DNA of 64,000 nucleotides from an uncultured bacterium (lineage in GTDB: Bacteria > Methylomirabilota > Methylomirabilia > Methylomirabilales > 2-02-FULL-66-22), in the NCBI GenBank assembly GCA_964576535.1, contig CAZNWB010000006.1:1088-65087 (forward strand), read 5' to 3'. Below are positions 46,188 through 55,342 of the stretch, one piece after another. Both the position numbers and the translations under genes were made by a program. Every line of letters starts with the position of its first letter. The stretch's first letter is position 1. Below the pieces are notes generated by a model. It made no database searches and had not been told where the DNA came from. It saw only the letters and a program-made list of their open reading frames with translations.

Positions 46188-47375
46188 TCAGGCTCCGGGG
46201 CTGTCGCCTTTCCGCGCGGGCGCCTTCAGCCGGATGTGCCTGCCCGCCCGCGCCGCCTGGAGCAGGGCGTCGCAAATCACGGCGTTGACGTACCCATCGT
46301 GGAAGTCGGCCGCCAGCGGTGCCACCGCGGCATCACCGGTGATGGCCTTCACCAAATGGTGGAGCTGGTGGATGAAGGTGTGTTCCCATCCCAGGAGGTG
46401 TCCCGGCGGCCACCAGGTGCCACCGTAGGGGTGATCGCTGTCGGTCACCAGGACGGTCTTGAACCCCCGATCGCGCCGCCCCCTGGGCTCCACCCGATAG
46501 ACCTCCAGCTCGTTCAGGCGCTCCAGGTTGAAGCCGAGGCTCCCCCGGGTCCCGTTCACCTCGAAGGTCAGGTAGTTCTTCCGCCCCGGGCAGAGAGTCG
46601 AGACCTCGAGCGTGCCCACCGCCCCGTTGGCGAACTCCAGGACGCCCTCGTACAGGTCCTCGACGTCCACCGGCTTGGTATGCCGGGACCCCGCCGTGGC
46701 GGGGCGGCGGGGAATCACGATCCGGGAGAGGCCCGCCACGCCCTTGAGCTCGCCCACGAGGAACCGGCCCAGGTCCAGGACGTGAGAGGCGATGTCCCCG
46801 ACGGCGCCGCTGCCCGCCCGGCGCTTCTCCTGGCGCCAGGTGTGCGGGGTGCTGGGATCGCTGAGCGTGTCGTCCGTGTAGCGGGTGCGGAAGTGAATGA
46901 TCTCACCGAGGTCGCCTGCCTGAATCATCTCTCGCGCCAGCCGCACCGCCGGAATGAACCGGTAGTTGTAGCTCACCAGGTGCCGGATCCCGGCCCGGCG
47001 CACCCCCTCCCACATCCGCCGCGCCTCCTGACCGTCCCGCGCCAGGGGCTTCTCGCACAGGAGGTGCTTGCCCTTGGCGGCCGCGGCCAGGCACGGCTCG
47101 GCGTGGGCGTCGTTCGGGGCACAATTGATGAAGAGCCCGACGCGCGGATCGTCCACGAGCCGCCGCCACTCCGTGGTGCCGTATTCGAATCCGTACCGGC
47201 GTGCCGCAGCCTCCACCCCGTGGACCGACCGCCCGCCGATTCCCAGGAGGCGGAAGCGGACCGGGGAAGGCCAGAAGATGTACGGAAGTTTCTTGAGGGC
47301 ATTGAGATGAGCCCTGGCGACGCCGGCGTGCCCCAACACCCCGACGCCGAGTGACATGGGTGCGGTCGTGGGCAT
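46188..47375 (-). CDS. Gfo/Idh/MocA family oxidoreductase
   Basis: 395 aa; N-terminal Rossmann (GVGVLGHAGVA), conserved EKP (LLCEKPLA); ATG overlaps the upstream stop (TGATG). Confidence 0.9.
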   Translation of the reverse strand: MPTTAPMSLGVGVLGHAGVARAHLNALKKLPYIFWPSPVRFRLLGIGGRSVHGVEAAARRYGFEYGTTEWRRLVDDPRVGLFINCAPNDAHAEPCLAAAAKGKHLLCEKPLARDGQEARRMWEGVRRAGIRHLVSYNYRFIPAVRLAREMIQAGDLGEIIHFRTRYTDDTLSDPSTPHTWRQEKRRAGSGAVGDIASHVLDLGRFLVGELKGVAGLSRIVIPRRPATAGSRHTKPVDVEDLYEGVLEFANGAVGTLEVSTLCPGRKNYLTFEVNGTRGSLGFNLERLNELEVYRVEPRGRRDRGFKTVLVTDSDHPYGGTWWPPGHLLGWEHTFIHQLHHLVKAITGDAAVAPLAADFHDGYVNAVICDALLQAARAGRHIRLKAPARKGDSPGA

Positions 47376-48163
47376 CAGGACCTCCTGGACCCCGCCCTGG
47401 CCGGCCGGCCCGACAGGGCGCCGACCAGATGACGATGAATCCGACCGTTGCTGGCAAGGATGACAGGCTGCATCAGATCAAAGGACCCCCCCATCCCGTC
47501 GGTCACACGACCCCCGGCCTCGCCGACCAGGAGGATGCCGGCCGCCACGTCCCAGGGGTTCGCGCTCTGCTCCCAGTACCCGTCCAGCCGGCCGGACGCG
47601 ACGCAGGCCAGGGAGAAGGCGGCGCCGAAGATGCGGAGGCTGCGAACCCGAAGGGCCAGCCGCGCGATCCGCTCACGCAGGCGACGATTGCGCCAGACCG
47701 TGTCGTCGTGCCAGAGGGCGACCACGGCATTCCCCAGGCTGGTCGTTTGCGAAACCCGGAGACGGCGACCGTTCAGCCAGGCGCCTCGCCCGCGTTCGGC
47801 CACGAACAGTTCGCCGAGGCGAGGCAGGAAGATGACTCCGGCTTCGATGCGATCCCGCCGCTCCAGGGCGATGGAGACCCCGAAGAACGGCAGGCCGGCG
47901 ATGAACCCGATCGTCCCGTCCAGGGGGTCCACGATCCAGCGGCCCCCCGGCCCCTCGACCCCCTGCCCTTCCTCTCCCAGGAACCCGATCGCGGGGAAGC
48001 GGCGGTGAAGCATCCCCCGGATGCATTGCTCCGCCGCCAGGTCGGCCGCCGTGACCAGGTCCTTGGGTCCTTTCCTCCGGACCTTCTGGGCCCGCCCGAG
48101 ACGCCGTAGCAGGATCCGCCCGGCGGCACGCGCGGCCTGCACGGCCGCCCGCGTTTCCGGCAA
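47375..48163 (-). CDS. inositol monophosphatase family protein
   Basis: proposed TTG start at 48163 (in frame; PETRAAVQAARAAG aligns with SuhB-type N-termini); FLGEEG, WIVDPLDGT, PWDVAAG; the 578-aa track ORF runs through the upstream repeat and is rejected. Confidence 0.8.
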   Translation of the reverse strand: MPETRAAVQAARAAGRILLRRLGRAQKVRRKGPKDLVTAADLAAEQCIRGMLHRRFPAIGFLGEEGQGVEGPGGRWIVDPLDGTIGFIAGLPFFGVSIALERRDRIEAGVIFLPRLGELFVAERGRGAWLNGRRLRVSQTTSLGNAVVALWHDDTVWRNRRLRERIARLALRVRSLRIFGAAFSLACVASGRLDGYWEQSANPWDVAAGILLVGEAGGRVTDGMGGSFDLMQPVILASNGRIHRHLVGALSGRPARAGSRRS

Positions 48164-48166
48164 GAA

Positions 48167-48286
48167 CCGTTCGGTCGTTCGGGTGTTCGGGGCACCCACG
48201 CCACGGCGGTGGACATCCACCGCGGTGCCGTGGGTGCCGGTCGTTCTAGAACCACCGAACGACCGAACCACCGAACCACCGAACGC
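48167..48286. repeat. stutter palindrome (GTTCGG/CCGAAC) with a nested palindrome
   Basis: left arm 48167-48192 = 3 x GTTCGG words; core 48192-48237 is a ~22-bp-stem palindrome with 2 mismatches; right arm 48251-48286 = 4 x CCGAAC words. Confidence 0.85.
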
Positions 48287-48324
48287 TTGTTCCCTGTGCC
48301 GGAGGCTGGCGACTCGCCGATCCA

Positions 48325-49404
48325 TCATGCTAGCGGTCGTTTGATGGCCTTGAAGATCTTGTGGAGCAGCGCGACGTCGCCCTTGGCCTCCTCCGGCGTC
48401 GTGACGGGCGTCTTGCCCTTTTGCACGCACTCGGCGAAGTGGAGCAGCTCCTCTTTGAACGCCTCCTTCATGGAGGCGATGACCTGCTTCTCGAAGGGCT
48501 TCCCGTCCTCCATCCCCTCGACGAAGACCGGCGTCGGCATGTTGCGGAAGAAGGGGGAGGGGAAGATCAGACGGACCCGACCCGCCTTGGCGTAGTAGGC
48601 CACCGTCTCCTCGTAATTGGCCAGGTCGGGCAGGTACTGGAGGCTGATGATGGCGCGGACGCCGGAGGCGTACCGCATGCAGGTCAGCATTCCCTCGCCG
48701 CCGGCCCAGACATCGGTGAACAGAACCTCTGCGGGATCGCCCGACAGGGCGCGCAGGACGTTGATGTCGTGGACCAGGGTGGACAGGAGATTGTTGGCGA
48801 AGACCCGGCGCTCCAGGGGCGTGAAATCCCCGATCACCTCGCGGATCAGGGCGTCCTGCTCCGCCCGGAGCTGCTTCTGCGCCTTGGCCGGGACGTCGGG
48901 GAATCTTCTGACATCGTGGTGGCCGATCTGGTTTCCCTCCGAAGGGTGCAGGATCGTGATGTGGATGGCCTGCAGATCCTTCATCTTCTGGATGAGCGGC
49001 AGGGCATAGCGGAAGCCGGGATCGTACCGCTTCATGTAGGTGACCATGCAGACCGTGCCGGCCTTCTTGTGGGCGGCCAGGATCTCGTCCGCCTCGCGCA
49101 GGGTGAAGCACATCGGCTTCTCGGCAAAGACATGCTTTCCGGCCTTGAGGGCAGCCACAATGACCTGCCCGTGGGAGTCGGCGCTGAAGATCGCCACGGC
49201 ATCCAGCGGCTCCTTGAGGAGGACGGGGTAGTCGGTGAACCGTTTGGTCACCCCGTAGTAGTCCCCAACGTACTTCAGGGTCCCGGGGGACACATCACAC
49301 AGGGCGACGACCTCGAACAGATCGTGCAGCTCCTTCAGGTGGGGCAGGTGCATGATCTGAGCGATGCCCCCGCAGCCGATAACTCCGACTCGCATGCGAC
49401 TCAT
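48325..49404 (-). CDS. Gfo/Idh/MocA family oxidoreductase
   Basis: 359 aa; AAGGAG upstream; VGVIGCGGIAQ Rossmann motif, FAEKPM (EKP). Confidence 0.9.
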   Translation of the reverse strand: MSRMRVGVIGCGGIAQIMHLPHLKELHDLFEVVALCDVSPGTLKYVGDYYGVTKRFTDYPVLLKEPLDAVAIFSADSHGQVIVAALKAGKHVFAEKPMCFTLREADEILAAHKKAGTVCMVTYMKRYDPGFRYALPLIQKMKDLQAIHITILHPSEGNQIGHHDVRRFPDVPAKAQKQLRAEQDALIREVIGDFTPLERRVFANNLLSTLVHDINVLRALSGDPAEVLFTDVWAGGEGMLTCMRYASGVRAIISLQYLPDLANYEETVAYYAKAGRVRLIFPSPFFRNMPTPVFVEGMEDGKPFEKQVIASMKEAFKEELLHFAECVQKGKTPVTTPEEAKGDVALLHKIFKAIKRPLA

Positions 49405-49416
49405 GACTCACTCCTT

Positions 49417-49490
49417 GTGCTGCAGTGCTGCTGTTGGGGCAGGTCAGTACGGCAGCACCGCAGCATCCGCCAGAGGCGGACACTGCAGAA
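49417..49490. repeat. stutter palindrome (GTGCTGC/GCAGCAC) with core hairpin
   Basis: GTGCTGCA, GTGCTGCT ... GCAGCACC, GCAGCAT, then TCCGCC-aga-GGCGGA (49466-49480) and CACTGCAG; between the stop at 49497 and the start at 49404. Confidence 0.8.
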
Positions 49491-49496
49491 CGCCTG

Positions 49497-51689
49497 TTAT
49501 GAGTTCGCTGCAGCCTCCACCTGCATTAGGCGGCGGCGGCCCAGCCAATGGGCCGGAAGGATGCAGGCCGCCAGGACCAGGATGAGCAGCGTGGACAGGG
49601 CGGCCCCACGGCCGATGGTGCCGTACTCTGCCCACGAGAGGATGAGGACCGTCACCAGGTCGTGGCCCGGCGACACCAGGAAGATGACCTGGCTCACGGC
49701 CGTCATGGCCCGGACAAAGCTGTAGATCAGGCCGGTGAAGATGGCCGACCGGATCAAGGGGACCACCACGCGCCGCAGGGTGGTTGCCGTCCCCGCCTTC
49801 AGGGTAGCCGAGACCTCTTCCAGGCTGGGGTCGAGTTGGGCGAGGGCGGCCACCCCGCTTCGAATGCCCACGGGCATCCCGCGAAAGATGAATGCCAGGA
49901 CGATGATGGCTGCCGTCCCCGTGAGATGCAGCGCCCCGGTGTTGAAGGCCAGGATGTAACCGATCCCCATCACGGTGCCGGGGATCGCGTACGACAGCAT
50001 GGCCGAGAACTCCAAGGCGGTCCGCCCGACGAACCGGTGCCGAATGGTGAGATAGGCGATGAGAAACCCCAGGCCGGCCGAGGGGAACGCTGCCAGGGCC
50101 GACAGGCGCATGGTGTCCAGGAGCACGGGAACGCCATGACTCATGAGGTCCCGGTAATTCTGCAGGGTAAAGGTATGGTCAATACCCCAGAGCTTCACGA
50201 AACTGCCGAAGAAGATGGAGCCGTACAAAAGGGCTGCCACGGCCGCAAAAACCAGGAACACCCCGGTCAGAAGGAGGTCCGGTCCTAGTGACAAGGGAGT
50301 GGGACGTCCCCCCGACGGCTTCCCGGTCACAGTAACGTACGAGCGGCGGCCCAGCCAGTACCGCTGAAGGAAGAAAATGGTGAGGGTGATGGCCAGAAGG
50401 ACCAGGCCGTAGGTGGCCGCCTCTTGCTGATCGAAGCGGCCCTCGATGGCATAGAAGATCTCGGTCGGCAGGAAGGGGGCGCCGCCCCCCAAGAGGAGAG
50501 GATTCCCGAAATCGGCCAGACTCTCAATCATCACCAGGAGCAGGGCATTGGCCAACCCGGGTCGCATCAGTGGCCAGAGGATCGTCCGGAAGAGAGTCCA
50601 GCGATTCGCCCGCAGGGTCTGGGCCGCCTCCTCCAGCGAGACGTCCATGGCGTGGATCACGCCCACCAGGACTAGGTAGGCTATGGGGGTGAAGGCCAGG
50701 ACCTGTGCCACGCCCACGCCCAGGGGACCGAAGAAGGCGTTGGTCGAAAGCCCCAGGAGGGTGTGGGTGATGAACCCGCGCCGCCCGAACATATAGATCA
50801 TGGCGAGGCCGAGCACGAAGGCCGGGGTGATGATGGGCAGGATGGACAGCGGGCCCAGGAGATGTCGAGTCCACAGCCGGCTTCGCGATTCCAGCAGGGC
50901 GAAGGCGAAGCCCAGGCTGGTGGAGATCAGGCCCACGATAACGGCCAGGAACAGGCTGTTCCTGAGCGCCCCCATGCCAAGGGCCAGCATGGTCAGGACC
51001 CCCGCCCCGATCCCGACGCCCGCTCCCCAAAGCAGGCTGGCGCGGGTCCGCCGCGTGACTCCCCAGCCGGTGAGGGCTGCGATGGGCCCAGTAGCCACGC
51101 CAACCCCAATCCCCCACCTGATCGGATCCACGGGCAATTCCGGGTGGCGCAGGAGGAGAAAGATCGGCGACCGCAGGTACCGCAGGAGACCCGAGGTGGT
51201 GAGGCTCCCCTGGATCACAACACTCGCCTGTAGCATGGTGAAAAGTGGAAACAGGATGAAGATGATCACCAGGCCGGCCGCCCACAGGATGCCTGCCCCG
51301 ACGAAGGCACTTCCCCGGAGATATCCCGCCTGGGCCAGCCCGATCCCGGCTAGGGTGAGCAGGCCGAACAGGCTGATCATGGCTCCCAGACCGAAGGCGC
51401 GGCCCGTCGTGAACAACTGAATGAGCCCGGCCAGGAACCCCAGGCCGGACAGGGTGAGGAGCAGACGACCCGCCCGCTGGCTGCCGCCGCCGCCAAGCGC
51501 CAGGAAAATGGCAAGGCACGCGGCGACGCCCACCAAAGCCAGGGACCAGTGGCTCGGCACCTGGCCCAGGGCGGTCCGGGACCACGAGAGGGACAGGAAC
51601 GCCTTCCCGACCCGCTCCCACGGCAGGAGGGTGAATCCTCCCAGCGCCAGGAGACTCCAGACGATGGTCTCGCGCCGATACGCGCTCAT
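49497..51689 (-). CDS. fused ABC transporter permease (two MalFG-type domains, FbpB/AfuB-like)
   Basis: 730 aa, highly hydrophobic, two tandem permease modules. Confidence 0.85.
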   Translation of the reverse strand: MSAYRRETIVWSLLALGGFTLLPWERVGKAFLSLSWSRTALGQVPSHWSLALVGVAACLAIFLALGGGGSQRAGRLLLTLSGLGFLAGLIQLFTTGRAFGLGAMISLFGLLTLAGIGLAQAGYLRGSAFVGAGILWAAGLVIIFILFPLFTMLQASVVIQGSLTTSGLLRYLRSPIFLLLRHPELPVDPIRWGIGVGVATGPIAALTGWGVTRRTRASLLWGAGVGIGAGVLTMLALGMGALRNSLFLAVIVGLISTSLGFAFALLESRSRLWTRHLLGPLSILPIITPAFVLGLAMIYMFGRRGFITHTLLGLSTNAFFGPLGVGVAQVLAFTPIAYLVLVGVIHAMDVSLEEAAQTLRANRWTLFRTILWPLMRPGLANALLLVMIESLADFGNPLLLGGGAPFLPTEIFYAIEGRFDQQEAATYGLVLLAITLTIFFLQRYWLGRRSYVTVTGKPSGGRPTPLSLGPDLLLTGVFLVFAAVAALLYGSIFFGSFVKLWGIDHTFTLQNYRDLMSHGVPVLLDTMRLSALAAFPSAGLGFLIAYLTIRHRFVGRTALEFSAMLSYAIPGTVMGIGYILAFNTGALHLTGTAAIIVLAFIFRGMPVGIRSGVAALAQLDPSLEEVSATLKAGTATTLRRVVVPLIRSAIFTGLIYSFVRAMTAVSQVIFLVSPGHDLVTVLILSWAEYGTIGRGAALSTLLILVLAACILPAHWLGRRRLMQVEAAANS

Positions 51690-51698
51690 CCCACTCCG

Positions 51699-51850
51699 GG
51701 TCGAAAGGTCGAGTGGTCACCTCGTCGATTGGCCCAGCAGGGATGGGTGTTTCTCACGCTCCGTTGAGAACGGCCACTCGCCGGTCCTTCCCGGGCCTCG
51801 ACTGCCAGGCCTTCGACTACTCGACCAATTGACTATTCGACTCCTCGACG
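51699..51850. repeat. stutter palindrome (word GTCGA/TCGAC)
   Basis: 51699-51730 = 4 GTCGA-type words; 51796-51850 = 5-6 TCGAC words; about 65-nt spacer; between the stop at 51859 and the start at 51689. Confidence 0.8.
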
Positions 51851-51858
51851 GTTTTTCG

Positions 51859-52878
51859 TCATTTCGGCAGGGGGAAGACCTGCTCCGTCCATCGCTTGAT
51901 CAGCCCGTCCCGGACGGCGGGCGTGCCGTACTTGCCGAAGTCGTAGGCGATGACCTTGGCGTCCTCGAACCGGGGGACATCGGGATCAATAACCGATTTC
52001 GAGTTGGACGGGATGCTGACCTCGCCGTTCTGGGGGCCGAGCTTCTGGTTCTCCGGCTCCAGGGCCCAGTCAATGAGCTTCAACCCGTTCGCCCGATTGG
52101 GGCCGCCCTTCACCAGGTTGAGCCCTCCGATCTCGTAGCCGGTGCCGTCTCTCGGTCCCACGAAACGGATCGGGAAGCCCTTCCGCGCCCGCTCAACGAC
52201 GTCGTTGGCGAAGGAGACGCCGACGGCCACCTCGCCGCGGCCCGCCAGGAGGCTCGGGTCGCCACCGCTCCGGGTGTACTGGCCGATATTTCTATGGATG
52301 GCCTTGATCAATTCAAAGCCCTGGTCCTCGCCGTAGATCTGGACGATGGTGGTCATCATCACGTAGCCGGTACCCGAGGTGTTGGGGTTGGGCATGGCGA
52401 TGAGGCCCTTGTACTTCGGGTCCCCCAGCTCCTTCCAGGTCTCCGGGACGGGCAGGTTCTTCTCTTTCAAGATCTTCTCGTTGACGCCGAAGCCGTGCAG
52501 GCCGGTGTAGAGCGGGATATAATGCCCATCCACCGCCTTGGTGAGCTGTGGCCGCAGCTCGCCCCACGCCTTGGGTCGGAAGAACTCGGCCAGGCCCTCG
52601 GCCTCGGCCACCCACTGGGAGTCCCCGCTTCCACCGAACCACACGTCAAAGGCAGGATTCGCCTTCTCGGCGCGGAGTCGGGCCAGGGCCGCCCCGGAGC
52701 TGAGCCGCACGAACTCCGTCTGGATCCCGGTCTTGCTGAATTCGCGCTTCACCGCCTCGCACCAGGCCGGGTCGGGGCTGCACAGGATCGTCACCGTGTT
52801 CTCGCCCGCCAAGGCGGGCAGCGCAAACAGGACAGCCAGGGCGATCGCCAACAGAACCAGCCAACCTCTTCTTTTCAT
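51859..52878 (-). CDS. ABC substrate-binding protein (family 1, AfuA/FbpA/PotD-like), copy 2
   Basis: ATG 52878 with GAAGGAGGGG upstream (ORF opens at 52908); signal peptide; about 90% identical by eye to the 52910..53932 product. Confidence 0.85.
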   Translation of the reverse strand: MKRRGWLVLLAIALAVLFALPALAGENTVTILCSPDPAWCEAVKREFSKTGIQTEFVRLSSGAALARLRAEKANPAFDVWFGGSGDSQWVAEAEGLAEFFRPKAWGELRPQLTKAVDGHYIPLYTGLHGFGVNEKILKEKNLPVPETWKELGDPKYKGLIAMPNPNTSGTGYVMMTTIVQIYGEDQGFELIKAIHRNIGQYTRSGGDPSLLAGRGEVAVGVSFANDVVERARKGFPIRFVGPRDGTGYEIGGLNLVKGGPNRANGLKLIDWALEPENQKLGPQNGEVSIPSNSKSVIDPDVPRFEDAKVIAYDFGKYGTPAVRDGLIKRWTEQVFPLPK

Positions 52879-52909
52879 CGTGACCCCTCCTTCATTCCAC
52901 CAACTCACA

Positions 52910-53932
52910 TCACTTGGGCAGGGGAAAAACTTGCTCGGTCCACCTCTTGATCAGGCCATCGCGGACGGCGGGCGTGCCGTATTTGCCGAAATCGTAGGAA
53001 ATCACCTTGGCGTCTTCGAAGCGAGGCACGTCGGGATCAATGACCGATTTCGAGTGGGAGGGGATGCCGGGCTCACCGTTCTGGGGGCCCAGCTTCTGGT
53101 TTTCCGGCTCCAGGGCCCAGTCAATGAGCTTCAACCCGTTGGCCCGATTGGGGCCACCCTTCACCAGGCTGAGGCCCGCGATCTCGTAGCCGGTCCCGTC
53201 CTTGGGCGCCACGAAACGGATCGGGAAACCCTTCCGCACCCGCTCCACCACGTCATTCGCGAAGGAAACCCCGATGGCCACCTCGCCGCGGCCTGCCAGC
53301 AGGCTGGGGTCGCCGCCGCTCCGAGTGTACTGGCCGATGTTCTTGTGGACGGCCTTGATCAGCTCGAAGCCCGGGTCCTCGCCGTAGATCTGGACGATGG
53401 TGGTCATCATCACGTAGCCGGTCCCCGACGTGTTCGGGTTGGGCATAGCGATGAGCCCCTTGTAGCGCGGGTCGCCCAGCTCCTTCCAGGTTTCCGGGAT
53501 TGGCAGGTTCTTCTCCTTGAGGAGCTTCTCATTGACCCCAAACCCATGGAGCCCGGTGGTGAGGGGAATGTAGTGACCGTCCACCGCCTTGGTGAGCTGT
53601 GGCCGCAGCTCGCCCCATGCCTTGGGCCGGAAGAACTCGGTGAGCCCCTCGGCCTGCGCCACCCAGTGGGGATCACCCGTGCCGCCGAACCAGACGTCGA
53701 AGGCTGGGTTGGCCTTCTCTGCCCGCAGGCGAGTCAGGGCCGCGCCCGAGCTGAGGCGAACGAACTCCGTCTGGATCCCGGTCTTGCTGAATTCGCGCTT
53801 CACCGCCTCGCACCAAGCTGGGTCGGGGCTGCACAGGATCGTCACCTGGTTCTCCCCAGCCCAGGCTGGCAAGGCACACAGGACCGCCAGAACCGTTCCC
53901 ACCAACACCACCCATGAAGCTCTCCGGGTCAT
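52910..53932 (-). CDS. ABC substrate-binding protein (family 1, AfuA/FbpA/PotD-like), copy 1
   Basis: 340 aa; GGGAGGG upstream; signal peptide (VLVGTVLAVLCALPAWA); tandem paralog of 51859..52878. Confidence 0.85.
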   Translation of the reverse strand: MTRRASWVVLVGTVLAVLCALPAWAGENQVTILCSPDPAWCEAVKREFSKTGIQTEFVRLSSGAALTRLRAEKANPAFDVWFGGTGDPHWVAQAEGLTEFFRPKAWGELRPQLTKAVDGHYIPLTTGLHGFGVNEKLLKEKNLPIPETWKELGDPRYKGLIAMPNPNTSGTGYVMMTTIVQIYGEDPGFELIKAVHKNIGQYTRSGGDPSLLAGRGEVAIGVSFANDVVERVRKGFPIRFVAPKDGTGYEIAGLSLVKGGPNRANGLKLIDWALEPENQKLGPQNGEPGIPSHSKSVIDPDVPRFEDAKVISYDFGKYGTPAVRDGLIKRWTEQVFPLPK

Positions 53933-53954
53933 GACGTGCCCTCCCTTTTCTCAT

Positions 53955-54025
53955 GTGTTGCAGTCCTGCAGTGGTGGAACAGCAGTCCGCCTCTGGCGGA
54001 CAACACTTCCACACCGCAGCACAGT
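53955..54025. repeat. stutter palindrome (TGCAG/GCAGC words) with core hairpin
   Basis: GTGTTGCA, GTCCTGCA, GTGGTG...AGCAG, then TCCGCC-tct-GGCGGA (53986-54000), the exact reverse complement of 49466-49480, then ...CCGCAGCAC. Confidence 0.8.
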
Positions 54026-54031
54026 TTCGAG

Positions 54032-55342
54032 TTAGCCAAGCACTTGGTCCAGATTCGCGAAGACCCGCTGGAAGGCCTCCACGTATGCGCGCATCAGCTC
54101 CAGGGATTGCGGGAACAGGGGATAGGAATGCGACCCGATCACCAGCGAGTCGGTGAGCAGCTTGATGGTCTCGGGGTACTCGGTCAGGTCGTACTTCACC
54201 TCTTCGCCCAGCGGGCATTTCCAGGGGCAGGACAGACCGTAGCCGGTCCGCTCCTGGAACAACGTCTGGCCCGGGACCGGGACCGTCTGCCACAAGCTGA
54301 CCTCCACCCCCTCGGCCTTCAGGGCGGCGAGCAGCTTGAGCCGGAATTCCCTCGAGGGGATGTCCACGCCCGCAGCGCGGGGGTTCAACCGGATGCGATA
54401 CTGGTAGTAGCTCGAGGTGCAGTCGGGGGGAACGTAGGGGTGGATGATCCCCGGGATCTTCCCCAGGTGCTCCGTGAGGAAGGCGGCATTCTGTCGCGTG
54501 TTGACCAGCCAGTCATCCAGGCGGCGCAGCTGGCTCCGGCAGAGCGCGGCGGTGAGTTCGGTGGTCCGGTACATCCACCCCATCATCAGGGAGTTGTATT
54601 CCCGGATCCCATCCAGGGGACGGCTCGGGTCGAAGGCCTTGTGGTCGCTCTCCTGGATGTCCTCTCCGAACATCCGGAACCGATTGGCGCGATCCCGGAG
54701 ATCGGGACGGTTGGTCACGAACATTCCGCCCTCGCCCGCGGGCAGGTTCTTGCTGGCCTGGAAGGAGAAGCACCCCATGTCCCCGATCCCGCCGACCTTC
54801 TTGCCCTTGTAGAGCGACCCGTGGGCCTGGGCCGCGTCCTCGATCACCAGAAGGCCGTACTTGCTCGCGATGGCCTGGATGCGTTCCATGTCCGCAGGGA
54901 CGCCGTGGATGTGGACCGGGATGATGGCCTTGGTGCGGGCGGTGATCCGTTCCTCGATCTTGGCCGGGTCGATGGTGAAGGTCCGCGGGTCGATGTCCAC
55001 GAAGACGGGGACGGCGTTGTGCTGCAGGACCGCCAGGGCCGTCGCGAGGAACGTGAAGGCCGTGGTAATCACCTGATCCCCGGTGCCGATCCCGCCAGCC
55101 GCCACCGCGGTGTGCAGGGCGGCCGTCCCGCTGTTGGTGGCGAGGGCGTAGCGCACGCCGCAGTAGCGGGCCCACTCCTCCTCCAGGGCCTTCACCTGGG
55201 GGGCGTACGGACCGGAGACGATCCCGGAATCCAGGGCGGCCAGGACGGCCGCCTTGTCCTCGTCGCTGATCACAGGCCACCGGCGATGCAAGGTCTTGGG
55301 AACCACGGGGCTCCCCCCGCGAAGGGCAAGCCTCTCGCTCAT
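54032..55342 (-). CDS. DegT/DnrJ/EryC1/StrS family PLP aminotransferase
   Basis: ATG 55342 overlaps the LacI stop (ATGA); 436 aa; ATNSGTAALH, DAAQAHG, SFQASKNL (PLP-Lys context). Confidence 0.9.
   Translation of the reverse strand: MSERLALRGGSPVVPKTLHRRWPVISDEDKAAVLAALDSGIVSGPYAPQVKALEEEWARYCGVRYALATNSGTAALHTAVAAGGIGTGDQVITTAFTFLATALAVLQHNAVPVFVDIDPRTFTIDPAKIEERITARTKAIIPVHIHGVPADMERIQAIASKYGLLVIEDAAQAHGSLYKGKKVGGIGDMGCFSFQASKNLPAGEGGMFVTNRPDLRDRANRFRMFGEDIQESDHKAFDPSRPLDGIREYNSLMMGWMYRTTELTAALCRSQLRRLDDWLVNTRQNAAFLTEHLGKIPGIIHPYVPPDCTSSYYQYRIRLNPRAAGVDIPSREFRLKLLAALKAEGVEVSLWQTVPVPGQTLFQERTGYGLSCPWKCPLGEEVKYDLTEYPETIKLLTDSLVIGSHSYPLFPQSLELMRAYVEAFQRVFANLDQVLG

Noticed and set aside
47375-49111. 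578-aa minus-strand ORF as a single gene
   Set aside because: Only the C-terminal ~262 aa are IMPase-like. The upstream part reads through the stutter palindrome and overlaps the Gfo/Idh/MocA gene in another frame. An in-frame TTG at 48163 gives a normal-length IMPase.
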